This document shows positions 8,432-18,166 of a stretch of DNA of 60,638 nucleotides, piece after piece (within the stretch, counting starts at the first letter, position 1; each line of letters opens with the position of its first letter). The stretch is from IMG/VR virus record IMGVR_UViG_3300045988_153078; one strand, given 5' to 3'. The notes beneath the pieces are model-generated. The model made no database searches, was not told the origin of the DNA, and worked only from the letters and a program-made list of their open reading frames with translations. This DNA comes from a virus. The position numbers and the translations under genes were made by a program.

Positions 8432-8611
8432 ATGAAAGAATCACATACAGGCATTGGGATATGCCATTGTTACCAATGTCGAATGGATAAGAAGCATTGC
8501 AGTTCTAAAAAAAGAAAGTTTGAGAAACGGGCTATAAATAAGTTCCGTCGGAAACAATTGAAATTAGATGAAATAATAAAATGCAATCATATCGGAAAAT
8601 ATTGGGCTTGA
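8432..8611 (+). CDS. Small Cys-rich basic protein (59 aa)
   Basis: Hand-translated; contains CHCYQCRMDKKHC and is lysine/arginine rich. Confidence 0.35.
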   Translation: MKESHTGIGICHCYQCRMDKKHCSSKKRKFEKRAINKFRRKQLKLDEIIKCNHIGKYWA

Positions 8612-8647
8612 TCCCAATGTTTCCCGATTTTAAAAAAGGATCTAATT

Positions 8648-8995
8648 ATGAAACAGACATTAGAAGAAGCGGCAATAGCATTTGCGAATAAATGCCATAC
8701 TGCAAATATTAAAGGTGGTCTTGATTACCCCTATGATGAACTTGATATGAGAAATGCGTTTGAAGCTGGTGCGGAATGGCAGGCAAAGCAATTATCTTGC
8801 GTAAGTGTATATGAAAAATTGCTGGAATCTAACAAAGATGATTTTTTAAGCCATCATATAGATAAGGTCAAAATGCGAATAATTCGCATTGTAGCTAGTG
8901 ATGCGCACGCAGTGACTTTTCAAACACTTGGACAGTATAGAGGTTGGCTAATGAAAGCTATTAACGAGTTAGATTACCCAATACCTGAATTATGA
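8648..8995 (+). CDS. Hypothetical protein
   Basis: 115-aa ORF. Confidence 0.55.
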   Translation: MKQTLEEAAIAFANKCHTANIKGGLDYPYDELDMRNAFEAGAEWQAKQLSCVSVYEKLLESNKDDFLSHHIDKVKMRIIRIVASDAHAVTFQTLGQYRGWLMKAINELDYPIPEL

Positions 8996-9426
8996 GTAGA
9001 ACACCTAAAATAAATAGAGTTTGGAATAAGCAGGAAAAGCGGATAGTCCGGCTTCTCTATCGCCAAGGATTTGATATAGACTTATCAAACTTGTATTGGG
9101 CCTCCTATAAAAAGACAGGAAAGAAGTACAGACGTAAAGGTTCTACGTTTAGCTCTCCGGGTTATCGTGACGAAGTTTATTTTTGTATTAAGGACTATTG
9201 GGGAGAATATGATGAGCATTCTTTAGTTGACTCCTTTATAGAAATGAAGACATGGGAAAATATTCCTGATGACGTACTAAAGAACTGTGATGATATGTGT
9301 AAAGTATATTCGCTATCAAATTTCCAATGTAAAAGTAGAAAGTGGCTGATTAAATACTTGTCAGCCCTTCCCACCGTTAGATGTGATTCAAAGATAAATA
9401 AAATATTAAAAATTACCACCGACTAA
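8992..9426 (+). CDS. Hypothetical protein
   Basis: 144-aa ORF; ATGA overlap with the upstream gene. Confidence 0.55.
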   Translation: MSRTPKINRVWNKQEKRIVRLLYRQGFDIDLSNLYWASYKKTGKKYRRKGSTFSSPGYRDEVYFCIKDYWGEYDEHSLVDSFIEMKTWENIPDDVLKNCDDMCKVYSLSNFQCKSRKWLIKYLSALPTVRCDSKINKILKITTD

Positions 9427-9437
9427 AATAGAAAATA

Positions 9438-10163
9438 ATGAAATATATGGGCGGTAAGGCAAGGATTGCTAAAAGCATCCTACCTATAATCCTAAAGGAT
9501 AGAAAAGAGGGACAATACTACGTAGAACCCTTTGCTGGCGGATGTAATATTATTGATAAAGTAGTAGGAAATCGCATTGCCAATGATAGTAATCCATATT
9601 TGATACGAATGTGGGAAGCATTAACAAACGGTTGGAATCCTCCTTTGGTAATAGAAAGAGACCAATACAATGATGTTCGTGATTGTTATAATCGCAAAGC
9701 AGACAATTATCCAATGAACTATATTGGATGGGTTGGATTTGTTGGAAGTTATAACGGGCGTTTCTTTGACGGAGGATATAGCGGACATCGTGTTAAAATA
9801 AGAACAGGATTTAGAGATTATATCTCTGAGGCAATTAGAAACATTCTATGTCAAGTAGATGGATTAAAGGGGGTTTGTTTCTTAAATAAAGATTATAAGG
9901 ACTTAGTGTTACCATCTTGCTGTATTATATACTGTGACCCGCCTTATGATGGCGTAAAGAAATACGCCTATTCGATAAATAATACAGAGTTTTGGCAATG
10001 GTGTAGGGATAAGATAGCAGACGGACATAAGGTCTTTGTTTCAGAATACAATGCGCCTAATGATTTTGTCTGCATTTGGGAACAAGGCGTAAAAACGACA
10101 GTTAATCAATCTATAACTAAAAATGCAGTTGAAAGGCTGTTTGTACATGAATCGCAGTTATAA
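9438..10163 (+). CDS. dam: DNA N6-adenine methyltransferase (Dam-like, D12 class)
   Basis: N-terminal MKYMGGKARIAKSILPII, FAGGCN, catalytic DPPY in IIYCDPPYDG. Confidence 0.85.
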   Translation: MKYMGGKARIAKSILPIILKDRKEGQYYVEPFAGGCNIIDKVVGNRIANDSNPYLIRMWEALTNGWNPPLVIERDQYNDVRDCYNRKADNYPMNYIGWVGFVGSYNGRFFDGGYSGHRVKIRTGFRDYISEAIRNILCQVDGLKGVCFLNKDYKDLVLPSCCIIYCDPPYDGVKKYAYSINNTEFWQWCRDKIADGHKVFVSEYNAPNDFVCIWEQGVKTTVNQSITKNAVERLFVHESQL

Positions 10164-10180
10164 TTTAAAGCTATGGAAAA

Positions 10181-10492
10181 ATGAAATTAAATATGAAAGC
10201 AAGACTAAAAACAAATGGAGAGATTGTAGAGGTTGAGGACTTATACGATGATGGGACTGCCTTAGTGAAAGACAGATATTTCAAAGTGTCAGAACTTGAC
10301 TTTGAAGATTTTGAAACTATTGATTGGGAACAGAGGCGTTATGAAATAGCGAAAGCCGCTATGCAAGCCAATCTGTCTAACCCTGAAATTCTTCAGTTTA
10401 TCACTAAAGAGGGTGTGCCAATAGAGAGAGTTGCCAAATGTTCCATTCAGTATGCAGACGCTCTTATTAAAGAATTAAAGAAAGGAGATTGA
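10181..10492 (+). CDS. Hypothetical protein
   Basis: 103-aa ORF. Confidence 0.55.
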   Translation: MKLNMKARLKTNGEIVEVEDLYDDGTALVKDRYFKVSELDFEDFETIDWEQRRYEIAKAAMQANLSNPEILQFITKEGVPIERVAKCSIQYADALIKELKKGD

Positions 10493-10493
10493 T

Positions 10494-11027
10494 ATGGATA
10501 CAAAACGGACATTGTACGAAATAGAAATTGCATTATCTAAACATGACAGCTTTAATTTTATCCGGAATATAATAGCTTTCAATGTAAACGGATTATCTGC
10601 GTCATTAAATATATTCCATGAATGCGATATGCTTGTTTTATCAAAAGCGGGATATCTAACAGAAATTGAGATCAAGCGTAGTTGGTCTGATTTCTTAGCT
10701 GATTTCAAGAAAACACATTCACATGAGGGAAACGGTATTATCAAGTATTTCTATTATTGTATTCCATCCTGTTTACTTCAACAAGCTTATGATAAATTGG
10801 ATGAATTAAAAGCTTCCTATACAGGGATAATAACATACGATGAAGACATGGATATAACACTTCATGGGCATAGATCTGTCACTCATGATGGAAATTATTC
10901 ATATCATTTTGTTGAGCAACACCCATATCGTAAGTTGTTTCTTGAAGAACAGCTTCAAGTAGCTCGTTTCGGTGCAATGCGAGCAATAAAATTAAAGGAA
11001 AAGTTGATTAATAGCCATTTGGCGTAA
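10494..11027 (+). CDS. PD-(D/E)XK nuclease-like protein (MmcB-like)
   Basis: ECDMLVLSKAGYLTEIEIKRSWSDFLADFKK fits the D...E-x-K core followed by the DF..D.K pattern of MmcB-like proteins. Confidence 0.5.
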   Translation: MDTKRTLYEIEIALSKHDSFNFIRNIIAFNVNGLSASLNIFHECDMLVLSKAGYLTEIEIKRSWSDFLADFKKTHSHEGNGIIKYFYYCIPSCLLQQAYDKLDELKASYTGIITYDEDMDITLHGHRSVTHDGNYSYHFVEQHPYRKLFLEEQLQVARFGAMRAIKLKEKLINSHLA

Positions 11028-11040
11028 AACTGATAAAATA

Positions 11041-11601
11041 ATGAATTTAAACGAACTTCGTGACAAAGCCTATAGGATAGCTTATGATCATGGCTTTCAT
11101 AATAAGGAATTAAGTAATGCCCATTGCTTAATGTTAGTGATCACAAAGCTTTCCGAAGCTGTAGAAGCTGACAGGAAAGATAAATATGCCGATATAGGGC
11201 TGTTCAAAGAATGGCAAAGCAACCCTCTTCCAATATCAGAAGAATTACGAATAAGTCTATTTAAGCAAGACTTTGAGGAATTTATCAAAGGCACAGTAGA
11301 AGAAGAACTTGCCGATGCTGCTATACGACTGTTAGATCTATGCGGGCTACGTAACATTGAGTTAGAAAACGATTGTCTGGATGATGAAGTGCTTGAAGAA
11401 TATACGCGAATATTCATTGGCAAAACATTCACAGAGTCTATTTTCAATATTACTAAAAATCTTATTGATAGAGATATATCCTACTCTCTAATTAAGATTT
11501 TCGGGCTTGCTAAGCATCTTGATATTGATTTGCTCTGGCATATTGAACAGAAACAAAGATATAATGAATTAAGAGTGTATAAACATGGAAAAAGATGTTA
11601 A
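11041..11601 (+). CDS. MazG-like nucleotide pyrophosphohydrolase
   Basis: EEELADAAIRLLDLCG, a metal-binding helix motif typical of MazG-type NTP-PPases. Confidence 0.5.
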   Translation: MNLNELRDKAYRIAYDHGFHNKELSNAHCLMLVITKLSEAVEADRKDKYADIGLFKEWQSNPLPISEELRISLFKQDFEEFIKGTVEEELADAAIRLLDLCGLRNIELENDCLDDEVLEEYTRIFIGKTFTESIFNITKNLIDRDISYSLIKIFGLAKHLDIDLLWHIEQKQRYNELRVYKHGKRC

Positions 11602-11603
11602 TC

Positions 11604-12011
11604 ATGAACAGAGAAATAATATTTAGAGGAAAAAACATATACGATGACGAATGGATGTATGGCTCCCTTATTAAGTTAGAAAATGATAGATATGCTGTTA
11701 CTCCATCCTTAAATAATATAGAAATAGGGAAAAGCATCAGTATGTATGAAGCTTATTTTGAAACAGTAGGCCAGTTCAGCGGTATAACAACTTCAGGAGA
11801 TGGCGACCCAGAACGGATCTATGAACATGATATTGTAGGGTTTGTAGATATTGATCAACATGTTGTAGCAGAAGTGATTTTTGAAAATGGAAGTTTTTGT
11901 TTCAGAGATAAAGAAGGACAAGTATACTATCCATGTGACGTACAATGTGTTAGTGTGTTGGGAAATAAGTTTGATAACCCTAGATTAATTAAGGAATTGA
12001 AAAGGGAATAA
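11604..12011 (+). CDS. YopX family protein (paralog 2 of 3)
   Basis: MNREIIFRGK...VGQFSGI...IYEHDIV...GNKFDNPRLIKE. Start set to the second ATG by analogy with the paralogs. Confidence 0.7.
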   Translation: MNREIIFRGKNIYDDEWMYGSLIKLENDRYAVTPSLNNIEIGKSISMYEAYFETVGQFSGITTSGDGDPERIYEHDIVGFVDIDQHVVAEVIFENGSFCFRDKEGQVYYPCDVQCVSVLGNKFDNPRLIKELKRE

Positions 12012-12013
12012 CT

Positions 12014-12217
12014 ATGGGAAACAGAAGAAAGTTAGCAATAGCTAATATGTGCCGCAATTTTTTACACTATCACGGTTTTATAACGGATAGTGAAAATCAA
12101 AAAGTTCACCAAAGGATAATGAAATGGCAGGATAAAAATAAGGTTTTCATTTCAGAAGCCCAATTAGAGTCTGTCGATTTTACCTATGATGATAATGCAA
12201 AAGAAAAGGAGGACTAA
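12014..12217 (+). CDS. Hypothetical protein
   Basis: 67-aa ORF. Confidence 0.5.
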   Translation: MGNRRKLAIANMCRNFLHYHGFITDSENQKVHQRIMKWQDKNKVFISEAQLESVDFTYDDNAKEKED

Positions 12218-12219
12218 CT

Positions 12220-12609
12220 ATGGGATTTACAACACCATGTTTTATTAGAAAAAATACGGAAGAACTTCGTAAGAAGTTAGAAGATATAGGATATGCAGCT
12301 AACTTTTCAACAAAAGATCACGATGTGATATATGCAGAAGCTACATTCGGAGTATACTTTACAATGTTCTCGTCTAATATACCACAGCTAATGAATTTTG
12401 CGTATGATTGTGGTGAGAACGAAGCGTTGTTTTTGGCTATAGCCGCATTGAGTGATGATACAGACAAGAACCAGTGGTTTACGGATGGTTACTTATGGTT
12501 TGAATGTGGTGATGAAATGTGTGATGAAACTATTGAATATTATCTTAATGAATATGGTAGAAAATTTCACAAGGCTACGGTAGAAGAACTTATTAATCAT
12601 TTTAAATAA
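12220..12609 (+). CDS. Acidic hypothetical protein
   Basis: 129-aa ORF. Confidence 0.55.
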   Translation: MGFTTPCFIRKNTEELRKKLEDIGYAANFSTKDHDVIYAEATFGVYFTMFSSNIPQLMNFAYDCGENEALFLAIAALSDDTDKNQWFTDGYLWFECGDEMCDETIEYYLNEYGRKFHKATVEELINHFK

Positions 12610-12620
12610 GAGGAAGAAAA

Positions 12621-12821
12621 ATGAATAGAGATCATAATAAATCCCTTTGCATGAAAAGATTGTTGAATTTACAACAAGACCATTTTAATAAACTTATAAT
12701 AAGTGAAGTTGCAGACCTAGGTTATTGTAACGGATATAATACTGTTCTTGATGCGGCAGAAAAGGTTTTGAGTGAGGAGGATTATTTTAAGGTTGTAAAA
12801 CAATTAGAGAAGGAAGTATAA
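12621..12821 (+). CDS. Hypothetical protein
   Basis: 66-aa ORF. Confidence 0.5.
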   Translation: MNRDHNKSLCMKRLLNLQQDHFNKLIISEVADLGYCNGYNTVLDAAEKVLSEEDYFKVVKQLEKEV

Positions 12822-12824
12822 GAC

Positions 12825-13259
12825 ATGAATCGTACAATAAAATTCAGAGGGAAAACGGTTAATGGCAATAAATGGGTGTATGGAGATTTGCTTCATATTG
12901 CGGGAGGATATATTATCTATCATGGCTCTCAAAAAGATTGTGAGATTACTACCGGCAAGCATGCTTCTGTTGAGTTGCTTCATGATGAAATCTCTGTTGT
13001 TGTTCCAGAGACCGTCGGGCAATTTACCGGTTTATTCGACAAAAACGGAAAGGAGATCTATGAAGGGGATATACTCCTTTTAAAAGATGAAACAGATCAA
13101 GAAGATCCTGGTGAATGCTATGAAGTTGGATTAAAAAAAGGATGTTTTGGGTACATTTCAAAATATGGAGGCGAATTACTTTCATTTTGTGACTATGAAA
13201 TAGAAGAAGATATTGTTGGTAATGTTTATGATAATCCAGAGTTAATCAAGGAGGAATAA
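12825..13259 (+). CDS. YopX family protein (paralog 3 of 3)
   Basis: MNRTIKFRGK...VGQFTGLFDKNGKEIYEGDILL...GNVYDNPELIKEE. Confidence 0.75.
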   Translation: MNRTIKFRGKTVNGNKWVYGDLLHIAGGYIIYHGSQKDCEITTGKHASVELLHDEISVVVPETVGQFTGLFDKNGKEIYEGDILLLKDETDQEDPGECYEVGLKKGCFGYISKYGGELLSFCDYEIEEDIVGNVYDNPELIKEE

Positions 13260-13446
13260 CGATGAAAGGAAAGATATATAAAATAACTATACGTCAAATA
13301 TCGTTTATGATAGGATGGTTCCCACATGCGGATAAATGGTACCACAAATTCCAGATTATCTATTAATCAAGTTTTTATATTAGGAGAAAAATAATTATAT
13401 TTGTAATGTGTATTATGTTATACATAACTCAGACTAACGAAAAGAC

Positions 13447-13932
13447 ATGAAGCTAAGACCTAAACAAGAAAAATTCTGTAATCTTTATATCGAGACCAGT
13501 AATGCTTCTGAAGCATATAGAAAGGTATATTCGTGCAAAGGCTCCAGTGATAAAACTGTATGGGAGGCAGCATCTAAGTTGGTTTCAAAGCTGTCTCCCA
13601 GAATACAGGAGCTCCAAAGTGAATTAAGAAAGAAGTCAAATATTACTAAGGATCGCGTACTTGAGGAATTGCGGTGTATTGCATTTGCTGATATCCGTGA
13701 TTTCCTGAGTATAAGAAATGGTATGGTGATATTTAAAGATTCATCCGAATGGACTGAAGAAATGGCGCGTGCAGTAGAAAGTGTTAAAGTTACCAAGGAG
13801 GGGATTGAATTAAAGTTGAATGGTAAGAGTTGGAGCATATCTCGTATTTGCAAGATGCTGGGATATGATGAACCGACAGAAGTTAATATAAAACAAATGT
13901 TGCTTGATATTGATACGGGGACGGGGGATTAA
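13447..13932 (+). CDS. terS: Terminase small subunit
   Basis: LRPKQEKFCNLYIETSNASEAYRKVY, typical of the Terminase_2/P27-type small subunit N-terminus. Lies directly upstream of TerL. TAtaTTTG box about 40 nt upstream. Confidence 0.8.
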   Translation: MKLRPKQEKFCNLYIETSNASEAYRKVYSCKGSSDKTVWEAASKLVSKLSPRIQELQSELRKKSNITKDRVLEELRCIAFADIRDFLSIRNGMVIFKDSSEWTEEMARAVESVKVTKEGIELKLNGKSWSISRICKMLGYDEPTEVNIKQMLLDIDTGTGD

Positions 13933-15944
13933 TGGAAAAGGTATCTATTAGTTATAGAAAGTTTAATCCAAATTTTCATCATCTTAGGGAAGCTATGAAA
14001 GATGATGATATAAGGTTTATCTTCCTCTATGGAGGTTCTTCATCGGCAAAGTCTTTTTCTGTAGCTCAGGCTATGTTGATAGAATGTCTTTCAGGGGGTA
14101 ATAATACGCTTGTATTTAGAAAAGTAGGTTCTTCTATTGCTGATAGTATTTATAAGACTTTTCAGGAGGCGGTAAGGTCCCTTGGAGTATATAGACTATT
14201 CTCATTTAGAGAGAATAAGATTATTTGTTTTAACGGGTCCTACATAACATTTAAGGGATTGGATGATTCTGAGAAAATAAAAGGATTGGAGAGTTATAAA
14301 TATGTTGTCTGTGAAGAATTGTCAGAGTTTAAAGAAGAAGATTTCAAACAGATAAAGAAGCGTCTTAGAGGCCGGAAAGGACAGAAAATCATTTCAATGT
14401 TTAATCCTATTGAGGAAGAGTGTTGGATTAAAAAAAATGTATTTGATAAAGAGCAGTTAAAAGAGGAGTCAAATGACTTGTATGGTATATTGAGAGATAA
14501 TGAAACAAAGAAGATTCTTCCTAAAGAATTCTCAATGATTGCTAGAAAATGGAAGAATACAGAAAGGCTTTTGAGAAATCCTAGAACGGGAATTGAGGAA
14601 ATTCATGCTCCGGATACAGTTATAATGCAATCAACTTACCTCAATAATTTCTGGGTAGTTGGCAGTCCGGATGGGCAATATGGATTTTATGACCGGCAGG
14701 CGGTTGCTGATTTTGATAAAGATAGGACAAGAGATTATAATTACTATCGTATATATGCGCTTGGGGAATGGGGTAAAATAAAGACAGGTGGAGAGTTTTT
14801 GCATGCATTTGATTCTGGTAAGCATAAGAACATATGTCCTGTAACAGAAGGAATTCCTTTGCATATTTCTGTTGACAATAATGTTCTCCCATATATCAGC
14901 GTATCAATGTGGCAACATGAAGAATTGGAGTTAAGGCAAGTTCATGAAATCTGTGCTGAAGATCCGTTTAATACGGTAACTAAAGCAGCCGAGTTGACAC
15001 GTACATGGCTGGAAGGAATCGGATATGACGATGTGGTATATTTGCATGGAGATGCGAGTACCAGAAGCGGAAATACCATTGATGATGAAAAGCGATCTTT
15101 TCTGGATAAATTTATAGATGTGTTGGAAGAAACTTTTCGGGTGGTTGATATGGTCCCTAAAAAGAACCCTCCTGTTGCTATGTCGGGAGAGTTTGTGAAT
15201 GCTTTATTAGAGGGTTTCCAGGGAATATCTGTGTCTATTGATGAATCATGTAAGAAGTCTATACAAGATTACGAGAATGTAAAGAAAGACACTAATGGAG
15301 GAATATTAAAAGCTCGGATTAAGGACAAGATAACAAAACAGAGTTACGAGGAGTTTGGGCATTTAACAGACTGTTTCCGTTATGTGTGTACAGATATATT
15401 CCGGGAACAGTTTTTATCATATTCAATGGCAAGGAAGAGAAATACACATAAGAAAGAAAATATGAAATATTATAATGTAGGAATAGCAATAGAAGGAGAT
15501 TCTATAGTTTATATCATGCCGGATTGCAATGGTAAGTTTATAATGATACATGCGATCTATGGAACTGAGGTCTTTATCGACGGAGTTTTATTTAGAGATG
15601 GATTTGATGCCGGATTAATGGAAGAGAAGCTCAAAGAATGGTTACCTGTCAGTACTGTTTTTGAAAGTCATAAATCATATTTCCAATTTGCAAGAGATGT
15701 GCGGGAATGGATGGATAATGTGCGGGCTACCAGCTTATATGCGAATATGGACCAAAGAATATCTGCAAATGAAGAATTTATAAAAGAGAGATTTAAATTT
15801 AGAAGTGATTATGATGATTATCCTGAATATCTTTCTTTTGTGGATTCAGTGATGGATTATAATGGTAAAGAGAACTATGAAGGGATTAATTGCCTGAGTG
15901 CTTTGGCTTCGGTAGTTGCAAGAACAATTAGGAATAATCAGTAA
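13932..15944 (+). CDS. terL: Terminase large subunit (PBSX-like) with an extra C-terminal region of about 170 aa
   Basis: Walker A-like LYGGSSSAKS, Walker B-like YVVCEELSEF, nuclease-region motifs ISVDNN and GHLTDCFRYV near aa 480-495; the ORF then continues to aa 670. Confidence 0.85.
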   Translation: MEKVSISYRKFNPNFHHLREAMKDDDIRFIFLYGGSSSAKSFSVAQAMLIECLSGGNNTLVFRKVGSSIADSIYKTFQEAVRSLGVYRLFSFRENKIICFNGSYITFKGLDDSEKIKGLESYKYVVCEELSEFKEEDFKQIKKRLRGRKGQKIISMFNPIEEECWIKKNVFDKEQLKEESNDLYGILRDNETKKILPKEFSMIARKWKNTERLLRNPRTGIEEIHAPDTVIMQSTYLNNFWVVGSPDGQYGFYDRQAVADFDKDRTRDYNYYRIYALGEWGKIKTGGEFLHAFDSGKHKNICPVTEGIPLHISVDNNVLPYISVSMWQHEELELRQVHEICAEDPFNTVTKAAELTRTWLEGIGYDDVVYLHGDASTRSGNTIDDEKRSFLDKFIDVLEETFRVVDMVPKKNPPVAMSGEFVNALLEGFQGISVSIDESCKKSIQDYENVKKDTNGGILKARIKDKITKQSYEEFGHLTDCFRYVCTDIFREQFLSYSMARKRNTHKKENMKYYNVGIAIEGDSIVYIMPDCNGKFIMIHAIYGTEVFIDGVLFRDGFDAGLMEEKLKEWLPVSTVFESHKSYFQFARDVREWMDNVRATSLYANMDQRISANEEFIKERFKFRSDYDDYPEYLSFVDSVMDYNGKENYEGINCLSALASVVARTIRNNQ

Positions 15945-16244
15945 TTGTTTGATCTTCCGGTTCTCTCTCTACTTTCAGAAAGAGTATAAATAGGATATAT
16001 CCCTTTACACGCTTTCTGAGCCGGTTCACGTAAGAAGTTCCGGCACCTTCTGAACCTTCCTCTTATTAGTTCTGTTCTATATGATAGATGTGATTTAGCT
16101 GATAATCATATTGGTATTAGTTAAAATTATCGTCTTGATGGTAAATTTAGTGATGATTTAGTGTGAGATACTGACTGATTTACTATATTTGCAACGTGAT
16201 AACATTATAATGTAACGCATCTAAATAATAAATACTGATTTAAT

Positions 16245-16388
16245 ATGAATACTCACAGCCCATTAGTAATTGAGAAACCTTCACAAAAGCTTCTTGAATT
16301 TGTGAGGGAATTGGAGCGCAGGAAATGTGAAACTAAAAATGATCTTTTAACTAAAAAGGATAAGTATTTCCCTACTAAGGAAAATTAA
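16245..16388 (+). CDS. Small hypothetical protein (47 aa)
   Basis: Hand-translated ORF; TAtaTTTG box in ctatatttgcaacg about 55 nt upstream. Confidence 0.35.
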   Translation: MNTHSPLVIEKPSQKLLEFVRELERRKCETKNDLLTKKDKYFPTKEN

Positions 16389-16440
16389 TGAATAAGTTTT
16401 TAGATGGATATTTCCGTTTTTGTGAGTTTAAAATTAGATT

Positions 16441-16475
16441 CTATAAATAAAGGGAGAGTGTGTTTTGCTCTCCCT
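16441..16475 (-). terminator. Terminator hairpin for the minus-strand small gene
   Basis: agggagag (16451-58) pairs with ctctccct (16468-75). On the minus strand it is followed by ttatttatag. Confidence 0.6.
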
Positions 16476-16484
16476 TCATCATAT

Positions 16485-16673
16485 CTACCGTCCTTTTTTC
16501 TCTATTTTCATGAACACATTGCGTCTGCTTTTTGCTTCAGCCTGCTTTGTCCGTTCATTGAGGATAAGTTTGAGTTCATTGAGTTCCTTGTGCATTCTAA
16601 GGATATCGTCGGTAAGTGATACGACACGGCTCAGCAATACCATGTCCATATTGGTATATTTTGAAGTTTCCAT
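16485..16673 (-). CDS. Small coiled-coil protein, paralog of 51784-51948
   Basis: Shares LTD....KELNELK....NER...MKIEK with the small ORF downstream of the CI-like repressor. Confidence 0.6.
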   Translation of the reverse strand: METSKYTNMDMVLLSRVVSLTDDILRMHKELNELKLILNERTKQAEAKSRRNVFMKIEKKGR

Positions 16674-16961
16674 ATAGCTTTTTATTTAGAATTTCATTTA
16701 GATTAATTTCGTTTTCTTCGTCGAGATCCCGGGAGCCGTATTGCTCCCGGGGTGTTCATCCCCTAACAGAGATGTTCGCCTGATTGGTAGTCGAAGCATT
16801 ATATATAATCAATCGTTGTAGAAGAACGATTCTCCTTTCTTCCGTGTGAGCCTGTAACCTGTGTACAGACAAACCAATATTAATATAATCTCTATCATAA
16901 TTTTGGAATATAGTTGTGGCTGTCGGGCATTTAAACCGACCGCTGATAGTTATGTAATAGA

Positions 16962-17879
16962 TTAGGCGGCTGGATTCGCCTCACTCTTTATCTGCTTGAT
17001 GGCTTTCTTCACGTTCCATTCATTCTCGTACAATGCGATGATGAAACGCACACCTTTGGGAGTCCATACTGTATATACACTTGTTCCTGTCGAACCGTCA
17101 GAACGTGTATACGTCTGTGTACGGGTAGCATGAATTCCCCAAGTAGAGAAAGGAGAATATAGTAACCATTGACCGGACTGTTTGTAAAGGATACCAATTT
17201 CTTTCATTTTCCTGTGAAGCTTCTCCGCATCCATTCCGATTTGCTTAGCCACCTGTGTGGAGGTAAGCGTGTTGACCGATTGCAAATGGTTATCGTAGTA
17301 GTTAACTTTCGGGGCTGCTTGCTTGATTTCCTCTGTTTGAATCTTGATGGTGGCTTGCTGCTGCTCGGTTTGGGCTTCGAGCTTGGCTCTCTCTTCACGT
17401 TCTTGTTTTAGTTGTGTGGCGAGATGAATAACCAGATCGGGATTGTCGATCATCTGTTCAAGAGTGGGCTGCGTGGCGGTCATGCCGTATCGCATTAATT
17501 CATCAAGTTTTTCGGTACACCATAATTTTAAATCAATGTCCAACCATTGGCAAAAATCAACTACTATTAACCTGTGCATCCAAGTGCCACCTCCGTTATG
17601 TGACGAGCCTACTTTTGATATAACTAATTGATTTTCAGAAATACCATATTTTCTTGTAATTGCATTAATTAATTGATTTGTAGCAGGTAAGGATAAATAA
17701 TCATTAGGACGCTTCCCATATATTTTAGCAAGCTGTGTGGCGTTAACCATAACGTCATCTTTGGTGTCAAAAAGGACATCGTTCCCATTATAGGAGAAAG
17801 TCTTGCTCGTCTCGTGAGCGAACGCAGTTTGTACGGTACTATTATTCCCGTTCAAATAGATTTCATTGTTCTGTAGCAT
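16962..17879 (-). CDS. Antirepressor-type protein (KilA-N domain plus KilAC/ANT C-terminal domain)
   Basis: NATQLAKIYGKRPNDYL...GGGTWMHRLIVVDFCQWL (KilA-N); APKVNYYDNHL...LTSTQVAKQIGM...LHRKMKEIGILY (KilAC). Confidence 0.75.
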   Translation of the reverse strand: MLQNNEIYLNGNNSTVQTAFAHETSKTFSYNGNDVLFDTKDDVMVNATQLAKIYGKRPNDYLSLPATNQLINAITRKYGISENQLVISKVGSSHNGGGTWMHRLIVVDFCQWLDIDLKLWCTEKLDELMRYGMTATQPTLEQMIDNPDLVIHLATQLKQEREERAKLEAQTEQQQATIKIQTEEIKQAAPKVNYYDNHLQSVNTLTSTQVAKQIGMDAEKLHRKMKEIGILYKQSGQWLLYSPFSTWGIHATRTQTYTRSDGSTGTSVYTVWTPKGVRFIIALYENEWNVKKAIKQIKSEANPAA

Positions 17880-18166
17880 GTAATGAAATTATTTGTTATT
17901 AATAAAAAAGAGAAGTCATATCCATTCTTGCTACAGAACATCATTCGCCAAAGGCTATGATACACGGATACAACTTCTCTATATATTTTTAATATAGATT
18001 CTTTTAAGGCATAAAAAAATGCCTTGGGCATAATAAATAATGTTCTGTAGCACTGCAAATATAGATATTTTAGTTGAATACAAAAAATAATTATGGTAAA
18101 ATTTGGTCAGTATGTATCTATTTAATTATTTTGCACAATATTTTTTAATATTAAAATGTTATATTC

